Position numbers and translations under genes: made by a program. The notes under the pieces are model-generated. The model was not told the origin of the DNA and did no database searches. It saw only the letters and a list, made by a program, of their open reading frames with translations. This document shows, one piece after another, positions 31,301 through 39,627 of a stretch of 64,000 nucleotides of DNA (positions within the stretch are counted from its first letter, which is position 1; every line of letters starts with the position of its first letter). Source of the DNA: Candidatus Eiseniibacteriota bacterium (GTDB lineage Bacteria > Eisenbacteria > RBG-16-71-46 > CAIMUX01 > WJJG01); NCBI GenBank assembly GCA_030628905.1, contig DAOVQB010000002.1, forward strand, positions 839 through 64,838, given 5' to 3'.

Positions 31301-31738
31301 TGAAACCAAGCTGAAGGTAAAGAAATCGTCGGTGCGAAAATCATCGGGAATGTAGGGAACGATGACAGGCTGGCCGGCCGTCGCCGGCAGGTTGCGCCGC
31401 ACGCCTCCCAACTGCTCGGACAGCTCGAGGCGGGCAAACTCGATGTTTATATCACGCCGGAACTCTATGCGCACACGACTGCGCCCGGGGGAGGAGCGCG
31501 CATGAACCTCCTCGATGCCGTGCACGTTGCGCGCGGCTTCCTCGATGGGCACGGTGATGGCGCGCTGCACCGCACTGGGTGAGGCGCCGTTCCAGCGAGT
31601 GTAGATGGTGAGCGACGGCAGCTCGGTCTCCGGCATGGCCTCGATGTTGAGGCGCGGCAGTGCGTAGACCCCGCAGATGATGAGTGCGGAGAATATCATC
31701 CAGGTCGCAACGGGATGATCGACAAAAAAGCGGGTCAT
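28334..31738 (-). CDS. RND efflux permease (HAE1 / MdtC-like), distal
   Basis: 1134 aa. 12-TM RND architecture. ATGA overlap with the upstream RND gene. Confidence 0.9.
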   Translation of the reverse strand: MTRFFVDHPVATWMIFSALIICGVYALPRLNIEAMPETELPSLTIYTRWNGASPSAVQRAITVPIEEAARNVHGIEEVHARSSPGRSRVRIEFRRDINIEFARLELSEQLGGVRRNLPATAGQPVIVPYIPDDFRTDDFFTFSLVSSMSANELSDKAESWLVPRLLAVPGVADAEVQGGARPLVRIRLNAELMERYNLTADGIYTRLEELDDILPAGAVRRAGRQLTVSIQDSVTLNALRHTVLRTVGGQPITLARVAELEPGYEDPIRFVRIGGENVVEVTVAKRSGQNAVTVSRNLRETLPEIAANLPFPVNFEIDHDAGEDLEDKLTELIYRSLIILALLFVLLAIALRRVRLTAIVVSSILLAIVICLSLFYFFGVSVNFITISGLTVCFGMLLDNSILVMDAIHRRLVRPHNKGVRGVWDAARRALIGGTHEVAFPIITTTLTTVVAFLSFTFLSGRLSLFYVPLAASVGIAMLASIFVAFCWIPVALRGTALKEKQIARARGDAPVEEMRGMALLKRWGVVTLVLMVVSAAVFAILEGPRELLDRWAWALGVLGLLIMVGVFTSFIRRITAFNLRFWWIPVPLMLALFAGTWHIFKEEIHQGGFWQQSGAEQLRLYMERPVGTDVVLSSETMKLFEAEVLPLPEGVHMKTYSWENRAFMRIEFEPEQLRSPWPEVLRDKLILLAEELGGLFIWIGGFGDPYLKGGRGGGLSNSLIKITGYNSKVLNNICEGIVARLGGNRRVRNVRLSSGDNFEREGADETVVLVHRERLADHHMSVAEVLGFLRRLLDVENPWHMIVSGEDQRLQLSFANAEKIQYDQVMSKEITGANGQQVRLGDVITLETRPVIGSINRENQRYTMQVNWEYIGTDRMRQRFIANILSGLQLPYGYTAEDVSGERMTHKEEEEMQTILWLTLLFIFMTLAALFESFTLPFLVLLSIPMSLVGVVGLFWAADASFDSSAKIGLVLLFGIVVNNAILLINRFRLQVREIVTERGYPSELVPVKHRLGGTDLWRLPGKERVELLRTAICEGMRIQLRSILLTSGTTVAALLPLLIRLRETSEGRDIWENLALSSIGGLVSSTVLIIGAIPALYWIMTRLGWVLARLWHRLRRKAPAQAQMVSPEAGRA

Positions 31739-34700
31739 CGCGAGTCTCCACCTCGGCCGGCCCCAGCGGCCCGGAGGGTGCTCCGCGCGGCTTTGAGTGT
31801 TCCTTCATAGTCTCGGTCCAACCATCGATGAAGGATCTCGTAGACCACGGGGGTCAGGAATAGGGTCAGTGCCGTGGCAATGGTCAAGCCGCCCATGATG
31901 GTGATTGCCAGAGGCCGCTGTATCTGCTCGCCGGTCCCGATGCCGATCCCCATGGGGATCATGGCCAGAACCGTGGTCAGGGTCGTCATCAGAATCGGAC
32001 GGAAGCGCAGGGCACTGGCTTCCAGGATGGCCGCGCGACCGCCATACCCGCTTAGGCGCAGGCGCCGAATCGTGGCCACCTTGACAATGGCATCGTTTAC
32101 AGAAATGCCCAGCAAGGCGATGAGTCCTATGAGCGAGATGATGTTAACCGAATGACCAGCCAGAAATAGCGTAACCAGCGCCCCCAGGGCCCCCACCGGC
32201 AGCACCACTGATATCACTACTGGATCAAGGAAGGATTCGAACTGAGCCGCCAGAATCATGTAGACCAGGAGCACGGACAAAAGCAGCGCCCAACCCAGGT
32301 CCCGGAACGAGCTGTTGATCTCCTCCTGCTCCCCGCCGGTCACGAACCCGACTCCCGCGGGCAGCTCCAGGGTTCCTAGGATGGCACGCACATCCTCCCA
32401 GACTTGGCCAAGGCGTCGGCCGTGCACATCGCCCGATATAGTGATCTGGCGGCGTTGATTGCGGCGCACGATCTCACGCACCGGCCGGCCCTCGGACTGG
32501 ATGATAAAGCTCCCCAGGGGAACAGTTCTGCCGCCGGGCAGCGAGATCGGCGAGCCCAACACCTTGGGTAGGTTCCGGCGCTGGTCGATCGGGAGGCGCA
32601 CCGCGATGTCGATGCGTTGTTCGATTTCATTGAAGCTCGTAGCCACAACACCCTGGATCCGCGCGCGCAGCTCGCGCGCCAGCTGATCCGGCTCGAGCCC
32701 GTAGCGCAGGGCCTTCTCGCGATCCAGGGAAACCTCGATGGTAGGATTGCCGAGGACGCGATCCATTTCGACATCCGCCAGCCCATCCACCTGGCGCAAG
32801 CGCGGAACCAGTTCGTTCGCGGTCGCCAAGGCCTCGGCCGACTTCTCGGCCACGATACCCAGTGTGAAAGGCGCTTCACCACTGGCTAGAATCTCGCTCA
32901 GCCCGATGCCCTCGTCGCGGAAGACATAGGTGGAGCCAGCGAGGTCTTCCAGCCGCTCCCGCAGCCGCTGCTTGACGGCCTCCATCCGCTGGCGGCTTTG
33001 ACGGCTAGGATGCAGCAGGACCCGGATGCGAGCCGTGTTGGCCGCGGTGTACTCCTTGAGCGAGGCCAACGTCCGTTCGGTCTGCCCCACCTGGGCATAC
33101 ACCGTATCCACCTCATCCATCTGGGCCAGGAAAGATGAGATTGTCGCCGCGGTCTTCTCGGTTTGCTCAAGTGGCGTGCCCGCAGGAAGCTCGAGAGCCA
33201 CGGTGAAATCGCCCTGATTGCGGTCGGGTAGAAAGGTCTTGCGCATCTCTACCCCGGTCCAACCGGCGGCGACCATGACCACTACCAGAGCCACCAAGAA
33301 GCGGCCCTTGTGGCCCAGCACCCATTCCAGAGCCCGATGATAGCGGCCGGCCATGCCGCGGAAAAAAACATCCGATAGCTTGAAGATCCCACGCGGTCTA
33401 TGCGCGCCAGCCCCAAGGATGCGCGCCGAGAGCATCGGTTGCAGCAGAAGCGCGGTGAAGATGGAGATCAGAAGCGAGATGGTTACCGTAAGCGCCTGAT
33501 CCCGGAAAAACTCGCCCGCGATCCCCGGGACGTAGATCACCGGGAAGAAGACCGCCACCGTTGTCAGAGTCGCCGCTATCACCGGCGAGGCCACTTCCTG
33601 AGTGGCACGCACCGCAATCGCGCTGACGCTGTCATCTTCCCCGCCGGGATCGCTCCCCCTGCTGATGGCCGGGGGGCTGGTTTGACTCGCTGCGCTTCCC
33701 GTAGTCCTAGAGTGGCGATCGCGCAGGTGACGATTGATATTCTCTAGTACCACAATCGCATTGTCGACCAGCATGCCCGCAGCCAGCGACAGCCCGCCCA
33801 GCGACATCAGATTGAGGCTGACGCTGGCGAAGTTGAGGAAAGCGAAGGTCGCGAAGACGGATACCGGAATGGCCAAGCCCACCACAATCGGGCTGCGCCA
33901 GTCCTGAAGGAAGAAGAACAGCACCAGAAAGGCCAGCAGCGCTCCGTAGAGTAGGGAGCTGCGCAGGCCGCGGAAAGATTCCTCCACGAAGTCCGCGTCG
34001 CGATAGACGAAGCTGTACTCGAAGTCCGGATACTCGTCCGTGACGATACCCAGGATGTGATCGACGTCGCGGGTGGCGCTAATCGTGTTGGCGCCAACCT
34101 CTTTGTACAAGTGCAGCGAGACGACTTCACTATCACCGAGCAGCGTGGCGCCTTCCGGCTCCTTGGTGGTGTCCAGCACTTCAGCTACGTCGGCAATCGT
34201 TACGCCCTGTCCAGCGTCGGGGATCTCGGTCTGGCGAATGGCATCCAGGTCTTCGAACTCGCCCAGAATCCGCAGGGGAAGATGCAGCGGCCCGCGCCGA
34301 ATGCGCCCGCCGGGGAAGCTGATATTGGCGATCCGCAGGGCCCGTTGGATATGCGCCATAGTGATGCCATAGAGGCGCAGCTTGCTGAAGTCGGGACGAA
34401 CCAGGATCTCTCGTTCGGAGCCGCCAATCACCTCAGCTTGGCTGATTCCCTGGATCTGCTCCAGCGCCGGCTTGATCACATCGCGCGCGAAATCAGTCAT
34501 CTGGGCCAGCGGATCATCGCCCCCCAGAACCAGAATCGCAATCGGGCGGGCGCTTGGATCCCAGCGCAGAATCAGCGGCCGGTTGGCGGTTTCGGGGAAA
34601 TCGTCACGGTAGGCAACCCGGTCGATGGCTTCGCGCAGGTGCAGGTTGGCGAAGTCCATGTCGGTGCCCCACTCGTACTGTACCGTTATCGCTGAAACCC

Positions 34701-34956
34701 CCTCGCGCGTGCGTGACACCACGCGCCGCACGCCCGCGAGACCGGTTATGACCTCTTCCAGCGGTTGTGTCACCAAGCGTGTCAGATCATCGGCCGGCGT
34801 ATCAGCGTAGTTGGTGATGACCGTCAAGTTGGGATAGTTGATGGCCGGTAGGAGGTCGACTGGCAGGCGCTGGAGCGCCAGAGCCCCCACCAGTACCAAC
34901 CCCGCGAAGATCATGAGGATCGCAACGGGGCGGTTGACCGCTGCTCTGATGATCAT
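31735..34956 (-). CDS. RND efflux permease (HAE1 / MdtB-like), proximal
   Basis: 1073 aa. AcrB-like. ATGA overlap with the MFP gene. Confidence 0.9.
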   Translation of the reverse strand: MIIRAAVNRPVAILMIFAGLVLVGALALQRLPVDLLPAINYPNLTVITNYADTPADDLTRLVTQPLEEVITGLAGVRRVVSRTREGVSAITVQYEWGTDMDFANLHLREAIDRVAYRDDFPETANRPLILRWDPSARPIAILVLGGDDPLAQMTDFARDVIKPALEQIQGISQAEVIGGSEREILVRPDFSKLRLYGITMAHIQRALRIANISFPGGRIRRGPLHLPLRILGEFEDLDAIRQTEIPDAGQGVTIADVAEVLDTTKEPEGATLLGDSEVVSLHLYKEVGANTISATRDVDHILGIVTDEYPDFEYSFVYRDADFVEESFRGLRSSLLYGALLAFLVLFFFLQDWRSPIVVGLAIPVSVFATFAFLNFASVSLNLMSLGGLSLAAGMLVDNAIVVLENINRHLRDRHSRTTGSAASQTSPPAISRGSDPGGEDDSVSAIAVRATQEVASPVIAATLTTVAVFFPVIYVPGIAGEFFRDQALTVTISLLISIFTALLLQPMLSARILGAGAHRPRGIFKLSDVFFRGMAGRYHRALEWVLGHKGRFLVALVVVMVAAGWTGVEMRKTFLPDRNQGDFTVALELPAGTPLEQTEKTAATISSFLAQMDEVDTVYAQVGQTERTLASLKEYTAANTARIRVLLHPSRQSRQRMEAVKQRLRERLEDLAGSTYVFRDEGIGLSEILASGEAPFTLGIVAEKSAEALATANELVPRLRQVDGLADVEMDRVLGNPTIEVSLDREKALRYGLEPDQLARELRARIQGVVATSFNEIEQRIDIAVRLPIDQRRNLPKVLGSPISLPGGRTVPLGSFIIQSEGRPVREIVRRNQRRQITISGDVHGRRLGQVWEDVRAILGTLELPAGVGFVTGGEQEEINSSFRDLGWALLLSVLLVYMILAAQFESFLDPVVISVVLPVGALGALVTLFLAGHSVNIISLIGLIALLGISVNDAIVKVATIRRLRLSGYGGRAAILEASALRFRPILMTTLTTVLAMIPMGIGIGTGEQIQRPLAITIMGGLTIATALTLFLTPVVYEILHRWLDRDYEGTLKAARSTLRAAGAGRGGDSR

Positions 34957-36320
34957 GGCGTGCGTCCCGCGTCGTCAGTAAACAGATTCCAGCGATCCTG
35001 CGGGGGCAGCGTGCGCCGGATCTTGATCTTGGCCTCGTGCGCCAGCGTGAGATGATCGCTCACCACGACGCGCTCACCTGCGGCCAGGGACCCGCCACTG
35101 TGGACTTTGAGAATCTCCACCCAATCTTCGTTCTCCAGGCCGATGTCGACATAGAGCCACTGCGCGCGGTCCTCAACCACCTTGAACACGAGGGGCCGGC
35201 TGTCCCGGGTCAGGACGGCAGCCTTGGGTACCTGCAATCTATCGGGATAGATCCAGCCGGCGATCTCGGCTTGTACAAACATTCCTGGACGCAAGCGACC
35301 TTCAGGGTTATCGAAGCGAACGATCACCTCGCAGGTCCGGCTCGCTTCGTCGAGATGGGGGCTAATGACATCGACCTTCTCCCGCAGCGTGTCCCCTGTG
35401 GCCGGCACTGCTAGCAGGACAGGCCTTCCCCTTTCCAGATTGCCCAGATCGGCCTCGAGCACATTCACCGTCGCCTCCAGCCGATCGTTGTTGTAAATGG
35501 AGCAGATGCGCGAGCCAAGCGTGATGATCTCGCCCTGTACAACATTCATGCCCTGCACGACACCTGCAAATGGGGCGCGGATTTCTGTGTTCTCCAAGTT
35601 GAGCTTCGCCCGCTCCTCCGCCACCCGCGCTTCTGCCATACCTGTCCGCTTCTCAAACACCTGCTGGCGAAAGGCCCCATCCTCCAAAGCCGCCAGCTCG
35701 GCCTCGAGCATCCTGGCCTGGAACTCCTCACGGCTCAGCTCCCCGCGCCGGTACTGCGACTCGAGCTGCTTCTGCTGCCCGGCAAACTCGGAGAGCGCCT
35801 CGTGGTTGACCGTGAACTCATCGTCCTCGGCCGCAATCTGGGAGAGGGCCTGAAAATGGCGATAGCGGCTCTCCTCAAGAGAGAGCGCATACTCCCTTTG
35901 ATCAATCTGTGCCAGGAGTTGACCGGCCGTAACCCGATCGCCATCACGGACGAACACATCTAGCAGTTCTCCGGCAACCTTGGTACGCACCTCGACTGAA
36001 CGGGGCGTCCGGATCGCCCCGTCGGCGTGTATCGCCATGACCAGACCACCGCGGCGCACCTCGGCCACGTTGACCTTGATGGCCTTCTCTTTCTTCTTGA
36101 GCTTCGCGCCACCGCTCGAGTCCGCCGCGGCGGAATCGGCCCCCGCCCCAGTGCTGTCGGACGCGCCGCCATCACCAGTGCCGCCCCCACATCCGGAGAC
36201 AAGGATCGCGAAGGCTATGGTGAGCAGACCCCGGAGGAGCTTGCCAGCGGGCGGCCGAATTCTGGATAGGACCACGCAGTAACCTACAGGCTGACCCGCG
36301 GTTTGGCTCGGATTCAACAT
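34953..36320 (-). CDS. RND efflux periplasmic adaptor (MFP/HlyD family)
   Basis: N-terminal lipoprotein-like CGGG. Coiled-coil region and beta-barrel region. First gene of the MFP-RND-RND operon. Confidence 0.85.
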   Translation of the reverse strand: MLNPSQTAGQPVGYCVVLSRIRPPAGKLLRGLLTIAFAILVSGCGGGTGDGGASDSTGAGADSAAADSSGGAKLKKKEKAIKVNVAEVRRGGLVMAIHADGAIRTPRSVEVRTKVAGELLDVFVRDGDRVTAGQLLAQIDQREYALSLEESRYRHFQALSQIAAEDDEFTVNHEALSEFAGQQKQLESQYRRGELSREEFQARMLEAELAALEDGAFRQQVFEKRTGMAEARVAEERAKLNLENTEIRAPFAGVVQGMNVVQGEIITLGSRICSIYNNDRLEATVNVLEADLGNLERGRPVLLAVPATGDTLREKVDVISPHLDEASRTCEVIVRFDNPEGRLRPGMFVQAEIAGWIYPDRLQVPKAAVLTRDSRPLVFKVVEDRAQWLYVDIGLENEDWVEILKVHSGGSLAAGERVVVSDHLTLAHEAKIKIRRTLPPQDRWNLFTDDAGRTP

Positions 36321-36366
36321 CGGTAACCTCTTCCCTGATCGTCAATCAAGCCCTGGGCGATGGCGC

Positions 36367-36386
36367 GAATGCCATCGGCTACTCAT
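36367..36386. promoter_or_regulatory. Perfect 7-bp inverted repeat (CGATGGC-N6-GCCATCG) between a TATATAT -10-like element (36393..36406) and the start of the MFP gene
   Basis: Palindrome positioned at the operator location for the efflux operon. The surrounding region is AT-richer. Confidence 0.4.
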
Positions 36387-36819
36387 ATATATAATGGTGT
36401 ACGTCATCTCCGTATCCCGCGTTGCGTCAGTCACATTCGCAGCCCAGCGCTACTCCAGGAGCCACAACTGAACGCACTTGGGCCAACTGTGCTGCCACGT
36501 GACGTAGCCCCCCCCCCAGCCCCGACCCGCGCAATAGTGTTCTTGCGGCGCGCAACGGGAGGGGATGATAGCAAATGGCAAGAACCACGGCCAATAGCGA
36601 TGCCGGCACCCCGTGGATCATAGCACCGGCATCTCCCCTGACTCCCTCTCCGCTCCTGGGCGTGTGCCTCTTCTGAGGGCCTCTGGGAGGCTTGCTAGGG
36701 CTTCCGTCTCCATGTATTATTTGCAATTCTAGCATGTGCTTCGTTAGTGAGAGCACATCCGTGGGAAGTGCCTGGAAGATGCGGACGTACCTCTCAGCTG
36801 GGTTCAGAAAGGCGGGACG

Positions 36820-37221
36820 GTGAAAGATCAGGCCAGGATCCTCCTGATTGACAGGGACGATGAGTTTCTCAGCACGCTGAAGACCGCCCTGGAGGGCCGT
36901 GGGTACATTGTGGCTACGGCGGCAAGTGGCCAGGACGGACTGGAGGTGGTGCGCGCAAATATGCCCGATCTGATCATCATGGAAGTGATGCTGGAGAATC
37001 ACGACACGGGCTTCAGCGTCACGCACCAGCTTAAGATCGACCCACTCTTTGGAAAGATCCCGGTTCTTCTGGTCTCAGCGGTGGCCCAGGCGACGGGCTA
37101 TCACTTCACACAGGAAGAAGACGGCTTCTGGATGAAATCCGATGACTATCTGGAGAGGCCCATCGATACAGACACCCTCCTGCAGCGCGTAGAGGCCTTG
37201 TTGAAGAGGGACATGGACTAG
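36820..37221 (+). CDS. Stand-alone response-regulator receiver (CheY-like), no output domain
   Basis: GTG start. ILLIDRDDEFL...PDLIIMEV...KIPVLLVSA REC motifs. Confidence 0.8.
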   Translation: MKDQARILLIDRDDEFLSTLKTALEGRGYIVATAASGQDGLEVVRANMPDLIIMEVMLENHDTGFSVTHQLKIDPLFGKIPVLLVSAVAQATGYHFTQEEDGFWMKSDDYLERPIDTDTLLQRVEALLKRDMD

Positions 37222-37336
37222 AAAAAAGGGGGGCGCAGGCACTCCTGCATAGAGAACGGTCAACCTTACCACCAATTCATCCCCCAAGAGAGGCACTTGT
37301 CTTCGTGGGGGAGCAAGTACCCGGGAAGCAAGACAG

Positions 37337-39580
37337 ATGCCTCAACTGAATGAAATCCTTCGCAAGGAAGCCCTACTGCAGGGCTCCGTCACTCTCTTCG
37401 AACTCTACTCTCCCGAGATTGCCGAGAAAGTGAAGGCTGGTCAGTTCGTGGTCGTGCGGACAGATGAGTATGGCGAACGCATTCCCCTCACGGTGGCAGG
37501 ACATGATCCTCATACGGGATCGATCACGATTATCTTCCAAGAGGTTGGTCTATCCACGAAGAAGTTGGGCCGGTTCAATCGGGGCGAGGTGATCGCCGAC
37601 GTCGTGGGACCCTTGGGGCTGCCCAGTAACATCAGGAGGCTTGGAACGGTTGTCTGCGTGGGGGGTGGCGTTGGTGTGGCCGTGGTCTATCCCGTGGCCA
37701 AGGCCTTCAAGGAAGCAGGCAATGAGGTTGTCTCGATCATAGGCGCCCGCAGCAAGGATTTGCTCATCCTTGAAGACGAGATGCGGGCCGTGAGCGACGA
37801 ACTGCTTGTGACCACTGACGATGGGAGCTATGGCCACCACGGTTTCGTGACCGACGTGCTGAAGCGGCTGATAGACGAAGGGCGAAAGATCGACGAGGTA
37901 ACGGCCATTGGCCCTGCGGTCATGATGCGCGCAGTCACGGATGTGACCCGCGAGCCCGGTATCCACACGATCGTCAGCCTCAATACTCTCATGGTTGACG
38001 GCACCGGGATGTGCGGATGTTGCCGCATCACAGTTGGAGGTAAAACGAAGTTCGTCTGTGTGGACGGACCCGAGTTTGACGGACACAAAGTCGACTTCGA
38101 GGAGTTGCTCAATCGATCCGCGATCTATCACAGAGAAGAGCGCCGGGCCGAATGGGATCACAAATGTCGCGTGGAGGCCGCCGCGAATGCCTTGAAACGA
38201 CAGAAGAGCCGGACACCCATGCCGAAGCAGCACCCCATGCGGCGCGCTCGTAACTTTGATGAAGTGGCTCTAGGATACACTGAGACGCAGGCGATCATCG
38301 AAGCCAACCGTTGCCTGAATTGCAAGACTTCCCCCTGCATCGCGGGCTGTCCGGTTGAAATTGACATCCCAGCATTTATCGCGCTCATCCGCGAGGGCGA
38401 CTTCATGGGTGCGATCCACAAGATCAAGGAAAAGAACAGCTTGCCTGCCATTTGCGGACGTGTCTGTCCCCAGGAGGATCAGTGCGAGATCAACTGCGTC
38501 TTGAGCAAGAAAGGTCAGCCCATCGCCATCGGCCGCCTGGAACGCTTCGTCGCCGATTACGAAGCGGCTCAGGGTGAAATCAAGCCGCCTCCTCTTGCGG
38601 CTCCTTCGGGAAAACGCGTTGCCGTGATCGGCGCTGGTCCCGCGGGACTCACCGTAGCAGGAGAACTGGTCAAGCTGGGACATCAGGTCACAGTGTTTGA
38701 GGCCTTACACAAGGCGGGGGGGGTGCTTGTCTACGGCATCCCAGAGTTCCGCCTGCCGAAAGCCGTTGTGCAACAGGAGTGCAACTACATCGGGAAGATG
38801 GGCGCAGACATCCGTCTAAGCTTTGTGGTCGGCAAATCGAAGACACTTGATGAGTTGATGAAGGATGGCTACGATGCCGTTTTCGTTGGAACAGGTGCCG
38901 GCCTACCCTACTTCATGAACATCCCTGGCGAGAATCTGAACGGCGTATACTCAGCCAATGAATTCCTCACGCGTGTCAATCTGATGAAGGCCTACCGTTT
39001 CCCCGAGTACGACACGCCGATCCACCTGGGAAGACGGATTGCTGTTGTCGGTGGCGGGAATGTGGCGATGGATTCTGCGCGCATCTCGCTGCGCCTGGGC
39101 GCCGAGAAGGTCTACTTGGTCTATCGCCGCGCCCGCGAGCAGATGCCCGCCCGCGAGGAGGAGATTGTGAATGCCTTCGAGGAAGGCGTCATCCCCATGC
39201 TCTTGACCAATCCTGTTAAGATCCTGGGCAATCAGAAGGGTTGGGTAGACGGCATGGAGTGCATCAAGATGGAGCTTGGCACGCCGGATGCATCTGGCCG
39301 CCGGAGGCCCATCCCGATCGAGGATTCCGGGCATGTGATCGACGTTGATATGGTCATTATAGCGATCGGCCAGGGCCCGAACCCGCTCCTAACCCAGACC
39401 ACGCCGGACCTGGAAACCAACCGCTGGGGCAATATCTCCGCGGATGAGGAGACTGGCCAGACATCCAAGCGGGGCGTTTTTGCTGGCGGGGACATCGTCA
39501 CCGGCGCAGCCACGGTGATCCTGGCCATGGGCGCTGGCAAGAAAGCAGCCGCAGCAATTGACAAGCACTTGGGGGCCTGA
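37337..39580 (+). CDS. Single-polypeptide fusion of NfnA/PyrK-like (FAD / 2Fe-2S ferredoxin-NADP reductase) and NfnB/GltD-like (NADPH-dependent glutamate-synthase small-subunit family)
   Basis: N-terminal ~280 aa is PyrK/SudB-like (CGCCRI cluster). C-terminal ~465 aa is GltD-like (RCLNCKTSPC..., VAVIGAGPAGLTVAGEL, VAVVGGGNVAMDSAR). Confidence 0.85.
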   Translation: MPQLNEILRKEALLQGSVTLFELYSPEIAEKVKAGQFVVVRTDEYGERIPLTVAGHDPHTGSITIIFQEVGLSTKKLGRFNRGEVIADVVGPLGLPSNIRRLGTVVCVGGGVGVAVVYPVAKAFKEAGNEVVSIIGARSKDLLILEDEMRAVSDELLVTTDDGSYGHHGFVTDVLKRLIDEGRKIDEVTAIGPAVMMRAVTDVTREPGIHTIVSLNTLMVDGTGMCGCCRITVGGKTKFVCVDGPEFDGHKVDFEELLNRSAIYHREERRAEWDHKCRVEAAANALKRQKSRTPMPKQHPMRRARNFDEVALGYTETQAIIEANRCLNCKTSPCIAGCPVEIDIPAFIALIREGDFMGAIHKIKEKNSLPAICGRVCPQEDQCEINCVLSKKGQPIAIGRLERFVADYEAAQGEIKPPPLAAPSGKRVAVIGAGPAGLTVAGELVKLGHQVTVFEALHKAGGVLVYGIPEFRLPKAVVQQECNYIGKMGADIRLSFVVGKSKTLDELMKDGYDAVFVGTGAGLPYFMNIPGENLNGVYSANEFLTRVNLMKAYRFPEYDTPIHLGRRIAVVGGGNVAMDSARISLRLGAEKVYLVYRRAREQMPAREEEIVNAFEEGVIPMLLTNPVKILGNQKGWVDGMECIKMELGTPDASGRRRPIPIEDSGHVIDVDMVIIAIGQGPNPLLTQTTPDLETNRWGNISADEETGQTSKRGVFAGGDIVTGAATVILAMGAGKKAAAAIDKHLGA

Positions 39581-39627
39581 AGCCCGGAGTCCTAGGGGCT
39601 CCGGCATTACCATTGGGAGATGTGCAC

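Noticed and set aside
37292-37310. Possible sigma-54 -24/-12 promoter (GGCAC-N6-TTCG)
   Set aside because: The -12 element reads TTCG, not TTGC, and it lies only ~30 bp from the start codon. The local NtrC-like regulator also lacks GAFTGA.
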